Below, piece after piece: positions 9,995 to 22,126 of a stretch of 64,000 nucleotides of DNA; positions within the stretch are counted from its first letter, which is position 1; every line of letters begins with the position of its first letter. The position numbers were made by a program, and so were the translations under genes. Source of the DNA: Felis catus (lineage: Eukaryota); assembly GCF_018350175.1 (NCBI RefSeq), contig NC_058372.1, positions 30,504,001 through 30,568,000 on the forward strand, written 5' to 3'. A model generated the notes under the pieces. It made no database searches. It had not been told where the DNA came from and saw only the letters and a list, made by a program, of their open reading frames with translations.

Positions 9995-12900
9995 CTAGAG
10001 GTGCCAGGGCATCTGGAAGTTCGGGGCCGGGAGCGGGGTGCAGTGCGTGGCCTCGAAGTTGTGCAGATACTTCTGAGCCTGAAGGAAGAGGGCAGGACAG
10101 GTGGGGTGCAGAGCACCGCAGTATACAGCACCCCCAAACACCTCCACAGCCTCTGAAACCACCTCCCACACCCTACAAGCTGCCACTTCCAATGCTTACA
10201 TGGTATCCCCTGTCTCCAAGCCCCCTGGCCATCCCGGCACCCCCTTCCTGCCCGCCACCCCTCAGCTCACCAGAAACAAGGCCAGCTGCCGCCTTCCGTC
10301 TGCACTCATGTCCTCCCCTGTAGAGAAGAGCCGCTCATGAGCCATGCATCTGGGTATTCATCCCCCTTCCTGGCTTCTTCCCAACACCCCCTCCTGCCAC
10401 AGGACGTCCTTACCCACACTCCAGGGGAAGTCAGGCCCGTGCTCTGCCTGGTAGGAGCGGAGGACGGACAGGCACCAGTCCTCCTCCACCTCCCAACGGC
10501 TATAAATCGAGGCTGCTCAGGGAGAGAAAGGAGGGCTTGTCAGTGACCTGGCCCGGCCAGGCCCCCACCCAAAGGCCTCACCGCATCCCCCTGCACCTTC
10601 CTCCAGCTGTGAGGAGGCTTCCAGCCACTGCCTCACCACTCGAAGACCCTCCTCTGCCATTACACGGGGATACCTACAGAGGGAGCACCAGGACGAGAGG
10701 TCAGGACCCAATTCTCTTCACTCCTCATCCCTAAACCCTCTTTCCTCCCTCCCTTGCCACGCCAGTGTCAGTAAACACATGCACACACACGCGCACACAC
10801 TCTCGCTTACCGATACTGTAGGAGCTTCAGCAGGAGGTCATTGCCTCGGTTGGACATGATGTCCTCAGGAACCCTGGGGGTGAGAACAGTGTACACTGGA
10901 GGGGCTGGAGGTTGGGGAGGAAGGGTCTGGATACCTAGGTTTCTGGTGGGCAGAGGTGGGAAGGGCAACTTCCTAGCTACATCTGGGATCTAGGAGGGCA
11001 GAGGCTCCCAGGCACTCACGTGGTGGTGATGATCTCATCCTTGGTTCTGCGGATCAGCAACACAGGGCCCTGGTACCTTCAGAGGACAGTGTGGTGCTCA
11101 GAGGGAGAGGGGACAAGTGGCCACCCCACCCTTGCACTGGCTGCAGCCTAACCCCCTACTATAGCAGGGCCCCACAGGCTAGCCCTTCACTCAGGGGTGA
11201 GAAAATATTTAAGAACAGGCATGGCCCACATTCTGGCCTTACTGGGAGATCTGCTTGAACACCCAGCAAAGCCTGTACAGTGGGGAAGTGGGGAAGGGAG
11301 TTACACGCCGGTTACTGGCCTGCCCTCACCTGCACAGCTGTTCTGCATTGTTCAGATTGAGATGCTGCCTCACGGTCCTGGTCACAAGGCCCCCTAGAGT
11401 GGGATCAGAGTGACGGGATGGCAGAGACAAAGCCCTTGCACAACATATAGTTCCCCACTGTTCACAAAGAAAACTAAGGCCCCAGACAGGGGAGCCCTCC
11501 TGCTTTTCATCCCGTTGGGTGACCCACTCCCCACCTACATAAAAAGGAACCATCTCCAGTTAGAATAGTTCCCAGTTCCAGCCCACCCCTTCCCTGGAAA
11601 GGCAGGCCTGGGAGCTGCACTCACTCCAGCTATCTGGCATAACCTTCAAGGCCAAGGGCACCAAGTCATCAAAGGAGGCATCCAGGATCACAGCACTAAT
11701 GTCTGGGTAGGACATGGCTGCCCATGTGGCTGGTACCAGAACAAGGAAGAAAGGTGAGGACCGAGGGGCTCCTGCCCACCACCCCACCTTTGTCCCATTG
11801 ACCCTACAGGCTGACACCATCATCTCTACTAGGTTAGCCCCAGGTCCCCCTTAACCCCTCACTTCACTTGGCCAGGGCACTGTATGGAGAAGACGGAGAG
11901 AGAATATCAAAGTGCATCGAAGACCACGTGCAGAGGAAAACTTCACTTCCCTGATCTCCCCGCTCCAGGACCCTGGTCTGCTTCTTTTCATAATGGGCAT
12001 AAGGTAGAAGGAAATGTGAACGTATACAAATAGGATACCATCTTCCAGACACACGCAGATATCCCTCCTCCGTCCTCTCCTCCCTTAAGCCTCTACCCCA
12101 CTGCTGGGCTCTCAGGGCATTTCCCTACTGCTCTTTGAGGGGGGTGAGGGTGGCATAATTTGCCCGGGGAGGGGGGTAGGTTGGTACCAGTGAAGCCACC
12201 GATGGACCAGGCATAGATGATGATGTCCTGGGGCTGGAAGCCCAGGCGGTGGATGGCAAACTGGACCACCACATCCATGGCATTGGCCTCATTCTGAGGA
12301 AATGGCACCCCCTGCAGGAAGAAGGGCAAACTCAGGAGTGGGTTAGCACCAGAGGCTGGTTCATGGGCCACTTGCACGCTTCCAGCACAGAGCTACCCTA
12401 CAAGAGACAGAGGGTGCAGAAGAGAAGGGTGGCGAGAGGACCCGCACTCTCCAGAAATGCCACTTCTCACTGTGGGGTGGCATCATGGTTCCCTGTCCTT
12501 GGCACCCAGGTGACAGATGAGTGAGAGCCACCAGAGAAATATACACCCCTTTTCCTAATTCCAGTGGCTGACCAGAGGGAGACAGACCATAACCATAAAT
12601 TCAGGAAAAGAAAGGGATTTCAGAGAGTGTCTCACCGTGCTTCCAGCAAAGCCTGGATGATTCCAGCCCAGGACAGAATATCCAGCTGCAACACAGGAGG
12701 AGGAGGAGGAGGGGCTATGACCTTGTGGCCTACACCTCCCCCACCTCCAGCCCCGGGGGGAAAGACCAACACAACATGGGAGCTCTAAACAACCCCAAAT
12801 TTAGAGATGAGTAACTCCAAGCTTTCTCAGAATGGGGAGATGACACCAGAGGTTCTGAGGCAGCAGAAGGGAGAGATGTGATTATGTCATGGGGACAGAA

Positions 12901-15900
12901 TGAAGGCCATAATGTTAGGGACACAGCCCAAAGGGAGGGAATGTAAGGTTGGCAAAGCGAATGGGGAGTAAACTTTCCCCCCAAATGTGAGAATTTCAAA
13001 CCTCACTCAGACAAGGTGATCTGGCCCAGGGAAGTTATACTGGTGTGGGAAGGTGGGGACATTCCATTCCAAAGGGCAGAGACGAGTATTGTGCCCTGGG
13101 CCTACCTTCCAGAGGTGTAGAAATGCAGCCCACCTCATAGAAGCCCGCGTTCCCCTCACAGCAGATCACCTACGGAAGGAAGCAGGAAGGAGGGCTGGGA
13201 AGGAGCCAAGCTGGGACTGAAAATCCCCCGTGTAGCAGGACGTGGGAGCTTTACAGGGAAGAGGAAAGGGCCTGTTGTCTTCAACGGGAATAGAAACTTC
13301 TAATTTTACAAGGTGCATGAGAGGCAGAGTGGATGCAAAAGCTTAGCAAACTGAGGAAGACGAACTGCTCGACCACTCAGCAGTGTCGTTTTCCTTGGAA
13401 GACCACCGGAGGACAGCTCTCAGAAATGGGGTTATGGATATTTTTTTCCTTTCTAGTTTTTGGGTCTATTTTTTTCATGACTGTTTCTTTTGTGTGGCAT
13501 GCCAATCACTTTCCATCTCTGGGCCCCAGACTTAGAGTCAGATAAACTTTAATTTCATGGGGCCCCGAGCCCAAACTCAGAGATGGTGGAGCTTACATGG
13601 ATTCTCATAGCAGCTGGGCAGTGCCGGAACCAGGAGTCAGCTCCCTGGACTGCTGACTCAGTGCTCTTTCCATGGCTCCCTCATGGAGGCAGGATAAACT
13701 GGAGGCCAGGCTACCTGGATTCAAATCCCAGCTCTCTCACTTACTGTGTGGTCTGGGAAAATTATCCCAGGCTCAGTTTCATCATCTGTAAAATGGGCTC
13801 TCCTAAAACTAGTACCTCTTCTGCAGGGTTGTTTTGAGGATTAAATATATGCCTTCTATGTGATAAATGCTGTCTAAGTGGTGACTATTACAAGATTACT
13901 TTTTGGTCCTTGAATGTCAACTCCTACTTCATCTATTTCCCTGTGGTAGGGTTTTCCTACGCCAACATGTCTTGAGGGTGGGGTGGGAGATGGGATTATC
14001 CCCAGATGTACTTCTTAGGGCTGCTGTAGAACTGAGGTCCCCAGAACCTCCACTGCTCTCCCTGCACCACTTTTGGGCTGGGCTCCCTGCTCCCTCTCAC
14101 CAGCTTCTGTCCCTGAGGCTCAGCTGTCCCCCGCCGGTCCACAAACATGGTGTCAATCTCGTTGCCATCGCAGGCCAGCAGCTTTGCCCGGCGCCCGTTG
14201 CACTGAGTGGGGGAGATGTTGTGAGGGGCAGGAGGTCACATCCCTGGTAGGGGGAGAAGGACCATCGGGGGTGGGGTGGGGGCAGGGGGCCTCACCTCTT
14301 CCACCAGCCGGGCCTGGCCCTGCAGCAGCATGGGCATGAGGGCCTTCTGGAGCAGGTACACTGAGCCTGGATATAGCATCCGGCGCCCCAGAGTGTGCGC
14401 CACCAAGTAGCTGTGGGGAACATGGGGTTAACGAACCCTTGACCTCAGTAGGACCCAGGGATCATCCTAGCCCTAGCACTCAGAGACTCTGGGGCCTGCT
14501 TCACCCCTGACCTTTACAGTTTTGTTTCTTGACCTTTACAGCTTTGTTCTCCTCTTTCAGGACATAATGAAGTAATATATGTACCAGGCTGGTGTTCTTC
14601 AAAATTTTTTTTACTACAACCTTTATAATATGCACATTTTATATTGTGGCCCAGTACACACATCTATATTTATAATACTGAAAATTTTAGGAGATAATAT
14701 TTTCTATATGCGATAAGTAATTCTTATTAATTAAGAGAGAGGGAGATACAGAATCGGAAGCAGGCTCCAGGCCGGGAGCTGTCAGGACAGAGCCTAATGA
14801 GGGGCTGGAACTCACAGACCGTGAGATCATGACCTGAGCCGAAGTCGGCCGCTTAACTGACTGAGCCACCCAGGCNNNNNNNNNNNNNNNNNNNNNNNNN
14901 NNNNNNNNNNNNNNNNNNNNNNNNNNNNNNNNNNNNNNNNNNNNNNNNNNNNNNNNNNNNNNNNNNNNNNNNNNNNNNNNNNNNNNNNNNNNNNNNNNNN
15001 NNNNNNNNNNNNNNNNACACTCAGCGTGGAGCCTGACACGGGGCTTGATCTCACGACTGTGAGATCATGACCTGAGCCGAAATCAAGAGTCAGATACTCA
15101 GCCAAGTGAGCCACACACGGACCCCATAGCAAAGTTATTATTAACTATGATTCTGTTAATGTATAAATGCAACTTATTTAAAGGCCCCCTATAATACTTT
15201 AAAAAATGACAGCTGTAGGGGCGCCTGGGTGGCGCAGTCGGTTAAGCGCCCGACTTCAGCCAGGTCACGATCTCGCGGTCCGTGAGTTCGAGCCCCGCGT
15301 CGGGCTCTGGGCTGATGGCTCAGAGCCTGGAACCTGTTTCCAATTCTGTGTCTCCCTCTCTCTCTGCCCCTCCCCCGTTCATGCTCTGTCTCTCTCTGTC
15401 CCAAAAATAAATAAACGTTGAAAAAAAAAATTAAAAAAAAAAAATGACAGCTGTAATTCACTCGATTTCAAGATTCATGAATGGACAGTAGTTTGAAATA
15501 TACCACACTAGACTGCAGACTCCACCAGGGCAGAGACCTGACTGTTCTGTTCTGCAATATGCCCTATTCTGCCACGTAGCAGGTGGCTAGAGCCTGACAA
15601 AGAGGGGCTTAATAAATATTTACTTAACAAATGCACTAATCTAGACAGAGAAGCTGTGGTAGGTATCTGAGAAAGACAATTAACCATTTCCAGTTAATCC
15701 TGAAATAGGATTTGTCCCCAGAAAAAAACAGATATGTACCACCCTGTCCAGCATCCCCTCAAAACTGCAAATTTGGTTTGTCCCTCTGACCAATCGTCAC
15801 ACAGGCAACACTGATCACTAAATCCATCCCTTTCCTTGGTATCTTGGAACTGCCTCCCAGCCCCCAACAATAGAAAATTACCACAGCATCTGCTCTACTG

Positions 15901-18900
15901 TAAGGGAGGAAGGCTTACTGTTGTCACTTCTGACATCATCAGTAGCCACAACTTGGGCTTTGCTGTCAAGTACCCAGGCAAAGTAGTAACCCTTCTGAAT
16001 ATGTTACTCTACTTAATATACCAATCCTATAAAGTGCGTTATTCATGGATGCAGAAATTGTAGCTTGCTTAAGGCAGAAGAATCTAGGAGTAGAGAGGCC
16101 AGGTCAGGGGCACAGCTGTCACCAGATGCCACTCCAGCTAAGGCTATGTGTCTCCACCACACTCTCAACCTCATTGTTCTCTCTCAGCCTCGTTAGAAGG
16201 GCTTTTGTGGGGTGTCTGGCTGGCTTAGTCGGTAAAGCATGTGGCTCTTGCTCTTGGGGTCGTGAGTTCAAGGCCCATGTTGGGTGTAGGGCTTACTTAA
16301 ATAAATTTTAGCAGCACCTGGGTGTCTCTGTCAGTTAAGCGTCTGTATTTGGCTCAGGTCATGATCTTGCCATTCGCGGGTTCGAGCCCCACACTGGGCT
16401 CTCTGCTGTAAGCACTGAGCCCACTTTGGGGCCTCTGTCTTTTCCTCTCTCTGCCCCTCCCCAGCTCTCTCTCTCAAAAATAAATAAACATTTATAAACA
16501 AGTAAATTAATTAATTAAAAATAATAATAATAAAATAAAAGAGCTTTTGTGTCAGACAGAATTATTAATATCCCAACCCTTCATTCACCATCTGTGAGAC
16601 TACACCTCCCTGAGCCTCTTTTCTTCACATATAAATGTAGATTAAAAACCATCACAAATAATACAAAATACATAGCACTAGGCCCAATAAATGGCAGCTA
16701 TTTTATCCATAGCACCCAGTCCTGGAGTCCTCACCCGATGTCCCCTCCACCCCAGATGGCCTCTCTTCCCTGCTGCTTCTCACCTGGTGATCTGACAAGG
16801 CAGCTTCTTGACCCGGTTGAGGAGAGTGTCTGCTGTCCCCCGATGCAGGGGCTCTGGGCGAAGCAGGGCCACGCCCTGGCGGGAAGGGCCCCCTCGAGAC
16901 TCCTTCCTGAGGATGGAAAGATGTAGGGGAGGTTGGAGTCAGAAGCAGCAAGCTGAGGTCCAGGAATGAGGAGATGGCACTGGAAAGGAGGCCCTGGGGC
17001 CCAAGATGGGGATGGAGGTGTGGGACAGGACAGAGCAGGATGGAGTGAAAGAACTGGGGCCTCACCGGCTGCTGGGCTCTTCCCAGTGGAAGTCCACTGG
17101 CCAGCTCTTGAAGTCAAAGTTGTAGTTGGCAAGCTGCCTCTGTGGTGGGCAGGGAGAGAAAGAGGAGGGGAGGAAAAGGGAAACTAAGAAATTGGGGCAG
17201 GCCCACCTATCCACCCTTGGCACCCTCATCCACAGGACTGGCCCCCACACATCATAGGGAGACAAGTCGAGGTCAACACACTCCTAGTTCATAGAGGGTA
17301 AGCTCTGTCACAGCCAGAAAAATCAGGCAAGAGAGGATACCCTATCAGGTATCAAAACTGGCCTGTCTGCTTCCAGAAGAACTACTCAACACTCTTTGCT
17401 TTTCCAAAATATAAAACTGACCCACCCCAAGAAGGGGTGGCTGGAGGTGCTGGTGCTTTTGAGGGAGGAAGTGGGGGCGGGGTCTGTTGGCTGGTCATAC
17501 CCCTTTCCCCCACCGGGTCCTTTACATGATGTTGCCCTAGAGGATCAAAATGACTGTCCTAAGGTTGGGTGAGAGGGAACAAGGGAAAGTAATGTCTACA
17601 GTGAGTGGTTCCTTTGCATTGGAATCACCTGAACGAAGCCCTCTCTGCTCCATCCTCACAGCCACCTCCCTTCTCTCACCTTCGGCAGCCATGGGCTGGT
17701 GATGCCAGCCAGGCTATCGATGCCTCCAGTCACCCCACGAAGTCTGTCCACGTGCTCTCTGAGGGTGGCGGGAGCTGTGTCTGACTCTCTGCTGTACCCT
17801 CTCCCTCACCCTGAGAGCTCCCAGTGCTCTATTTTGAGAGCTCTTTTTATTTTCTGTCACAGGAAATTTTTTCGACATTTTCAAAAATAACTTGACTAAG
17901 GAAAAACAACAGAAACACTGTACAAAAATATAAATGGCAAAACAAAACAAAATGGAAGAAAAGCAAATTTCAAGCAGGCTTTGCTCAGACCAGGCCTCAA
18001 ATCCAGACCCAGCCCCTTCCTTTGCTCTGTGACTCTGCTTGTCACTTAACCTCTTTTTTCCTGTGTCCTCAGAGGTATAATAATGCCACCTCGTGTGGCT
18101 ATTGTGAGGATTGGGAAGGGCGTATGCAAAATGCCTCAGACAGCGGCGTGGTAGAGCTTCATTACGTAGCTCTGTAAACGGCGGCGTGGAACAACCAGTA
18201 ACACGATGATGGTAGGGTCACAGCTCTTTGATCCCAGGAATCCCTAACAGGGAAGAGCTTTATAGGGCCCCAAAGCCCCTTCTCAAAGATAATCACACTC
18301 CAGCACCAGCTGGGCTGGCACAACTCCAAGGACACTATGCCCTGGCTTTTCTCCCTCCTGGCACCACGCTGTGCTTCTGGGCACAACAGTGGACACACCT
18401 GTCCATCTTGACCCATCCCTGAACAAAACTAGCATGGTGTTCAATGCACACAGCCAAAATAAACAACACTTACAGAACCGAGCTGCTGTGACAGAAGACC
18501 CCCTTCTAAGATGTGGAATATTTCCACATCTAGACAATTCTTACAGATGGAGGGGAGAAGGGTGGAGGATTGTTCCAGTGGAACATCCCGTTAGAAGTGG
18601 TAGGGAGGAAAATTCTCTGGGTGGACAGTTCACTTGCACAGGGGAGAAGGGCTACAGCAATGTGCAAGCAAAAACCTACTGCCATGGGTGGCAACACAAC
18701 TCCTCGCCCTGGCAGAAGCTGGTGCCCAGTGCTCTGGAGAGGCAGCTGAGAAAGCTGCTGCCAGGGCACCTGTCTGGCACCTTTCCTGGGACCCCTTACC
18801 TTGTTTTCTGCAGAGTGGTTCCTATGTGTTGCCTCCAAGATGGTGATGAACTGCCGGTACTGGGGGTTGGTCCAGCGGCCGATGCCTGGTAGAGAGAGGA

Positions 18901-21900
18901 TAGGAGACAGTGTTAGGAAAACTGGGAAGAGCAAGCTGAGTAAGTTTCAGGAAAAGGATTGGAGATGGGCATGGAGAAGGCCCTGGAAAGGGAAGTGGGA
19001 GGGAAAGGAACAGGTGGCCCAGGGTCTGGGGAAATAGGAGAGTTGAGCTGACCGCCTTTCTCCATATCTAGCAACTGGCTTCAGTGTTCTGCTACCCAGC
19101 ATCTTCAGTTTGTTTCTTTATAGGCTGGCAACCCTCAACGTTCCAGAATGTTCACTTTGCTAGTCATGCAACCTTACTGTTGCATGCAACACACTATCAT
19201 GCAACCTTACTGTTCATCCTTGTGAACACTGAGTCTCTCTTTTTTTCCCTGCCACCCTTCTTCACTGCTTGCTTTCCATCTCTTTTCTGTATAGTCTAAC
19301 TCCCTGCCATCTGGCCTCATGGCTCCTGCTCTTGCCCCGTAATCACTTCCTCACTGAATCCGAAGTCTCCTTTCTCCATCCCCACTCTCTTGCAACTATG
19401 CCTCTCTACACTATTCCTGTCCCCTGAGACTCCTTCTCTGCTTCCTGGGTCCATCTTTGCCACCTTCTGAATCCTGGACCACTCCTCCCCTGCCTCCATT
19501 CTACTTCCCTCTCTGAAATAAGAGCCATCCTCAACACTGCACTCATTCCTCTCTTCACCGGGCCCTTTGGCGATCACATCTGCTCTCCCTTCACTGCCAA
19601 GGAGTCTCAAACCCTGACTTCTCTGCTTCCGTTGACCCGACAGGTGTCATGTGCCAGGCACTGTCCTGACATGGGAGATAGCAGGAAACAAGACACACAG
19701 GTCCCAGCCCGGAGAGCTAGCACTTTGGCTGGGGGTGGGGTGGGGCTGGAGAAAGACAATAAGTAAACAAGAACATTTCAGAGAGGATTAAGTGCTATAA
19801 AGAAAAGAAAACCAGAATCAACTAGAATGCTATTATTATCAAGGGTAGAGACCCCAGACAATATTAAGAATGAAGGAAGGTGCAGAATGATTTGTATGTG
19901 ATGCCATTTGTATCAAAAAGGCAAAATGCACAAATGAATGGCTATATATGGTTTATGCTTACCACATTTCATAGATTCTAAAATGCATAGTTTTTCACAT
20001 TTGAAAACAAATTGGAATGTATTTTACAATTCCTAACAGCTTAGATTTGATCAAATGAGGTATATCTTTCATAAAAGGATAAAAATGTGGACCAGGAAAG
20101 AAACCACACCAAGTGACAATGGTTACCTCTGAGGAAAGAGGAACACAGAAGTGGGGAAGATTCCAACAGGAATGCCAACTCTGAATGCAATGCTTCAGAA
20201 CTTTATTGACAAAAAGTATGTGAAGCTACATGACAGAATATAAGCATTTCAGTTCATGACACTTTGTTCTCTGGACTTCTCTATATTTATGTACCCAAAT
20301 TAAGAATAAATAAAATTTGGGCTGCCTGGGTGGCTCAGTTGGTTAGGCATCCAACTCATGATCTCATAGTTCTTGAGTTCAAGCCCCACATCAGGCTCTC
20401 TGCTGTCAGCACAGAGCGCACTTCAAGATCCTTGGTCTCCCTCTCTCTGCCCCTCTCCCACTCATTCTCTCTCTCTCCCTGTCAAAAAAAAAAAAAAAAA
20501 AAAACTTAAATAAATATGTAAAATTTAAAAATAAGACAAAACCCAGGACTGGAAGCTACTTTTAGGTGAGGTGGTCAGGGAACGCCTCTCTGATGAGGGA
20601 GCCCACCCCAATGGAGATCAGCAGGCAGGACACCGAAGGCAGAAGGTCCCCGCTCCAGGCTGGATATGACTGCAGCCATGCAGCTCCTAGTCTACCACCT
20701 CTCTCCAAGCATCCCCTCACCCAGTTTTCTTCACGTGCATCGGCTGAGGGGCAATGATTTGGACTCTCTCTTCATTTTTAAGTTGTGAGATATAACATAC
20801 GTGTGTCCAATATATATCCAGTTTAAAAAATACGAAGCAAACATTCCTGTGACCATCACCCAAGTCAAGGAAGAGAACAAAGTCACGTCCCTCCAGGAGC
20901 CCTCCCCATCCTGTTCCCTCCCTCTCCCAGGTAATCACTCTCCTGACTTTCAAGATAAGCATGCCTGTGTTTTGCCACTTCTGTATGCATCCCTCTTGAA
21001 CTTTACATAAGTAGAAACACACTGCATACATCATTTGTTAGTCTTCTTTAAAAAAAAATTTTTAATGTTTATTTATTTTTGACAGAGAGAGAGAGACAGA
21101 GCATGAATGGGCTAGGATCAGAGAGAGAGGGAGATACAGAATCTGAAACAGGCTCCAGGCTCTAAGCTGTCAGCGTAGAGCCGACGCAGGGTTCGAACTC
21201 ATGGACCGCGAGATCATGACCTGAGCCAAAGTCGGACGTTTAACTGAGTCAGCCACCCGGGCGCCCCTTGGTAGTCTTCTTCTTGCATTCAACATTACAA
21301 TTGTGAGACCCATCTGTGTTGCTGAGTGTAGCTTCAATTTGTTCATTTGCATTGCTGTATTGTGTTCTGCCCTAGAACTAGACTCCCTGCCATCCTACTA
21401 TTTGTGGCCATGGACTTGTTTCCAGTTTCGGATTATTACAAACATATATACGGACATATGTGGAATTATTGTAGGGTATATGCATCTCTTCTAGATAATA
21501 GCAAAGTGTTCTGCCAATTAGCTTTTCATACTTACAACCACGCCCTTTAAGAAAAAGATCATGCCTTCAACATTCCCAACTATTCCCCCTCAGGGCCCAA
21601 CACAAAACTGTATTTGCAGAAGTGACTTCATAAATATTTACCCAGTGAGGGATAGATCCAAACCAGGCTCCCTCTTAACCTACCTCGGAGGCAGGCCACT
21701 CCTGCCAGGAGTAGCAGCAGTGTCCCCGCATAGTGAGAAAACGGCACCACTTTGGACAAGCTCAAGTAACCTGGGAGGGGAGAGGCATCACATGAGAAGC
21801 TCTCCCCACTGCCCCAACCCCCACCCCGTACCCTCTCTTTGGGACAGCCATGCCCTCTGAGGAAGAAGATGCCTGATGGAAGAGGGAAGCCAAGCCATCC

Positions 21901-22076
21901 TCTCAGGTCCCCTCTCCTCTTTAGGGGGGGTCAGCTCAGCTGCCAACAACCTGCCCACCACCTTTGAAACCACACTGACCTTTCCTGTATAAGTAGAAGA
22001 AGGCGAAGGGAGAGGAGTAATAAGAGATGGACCAGAAGACTGAAGCCTGCAGCAGAGAGATGGGGACAAGCAATCA

Positions 22077-22126
<50 letters not shown>

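Noticed and set aside
21771-21830. Position equivalent to the human mirtron MIR4646 at the end of ABHD16A intron 3
   Set aside because: Only the 3' pyrimidine end resembles it; no convincing hairpin can be supported by eye.
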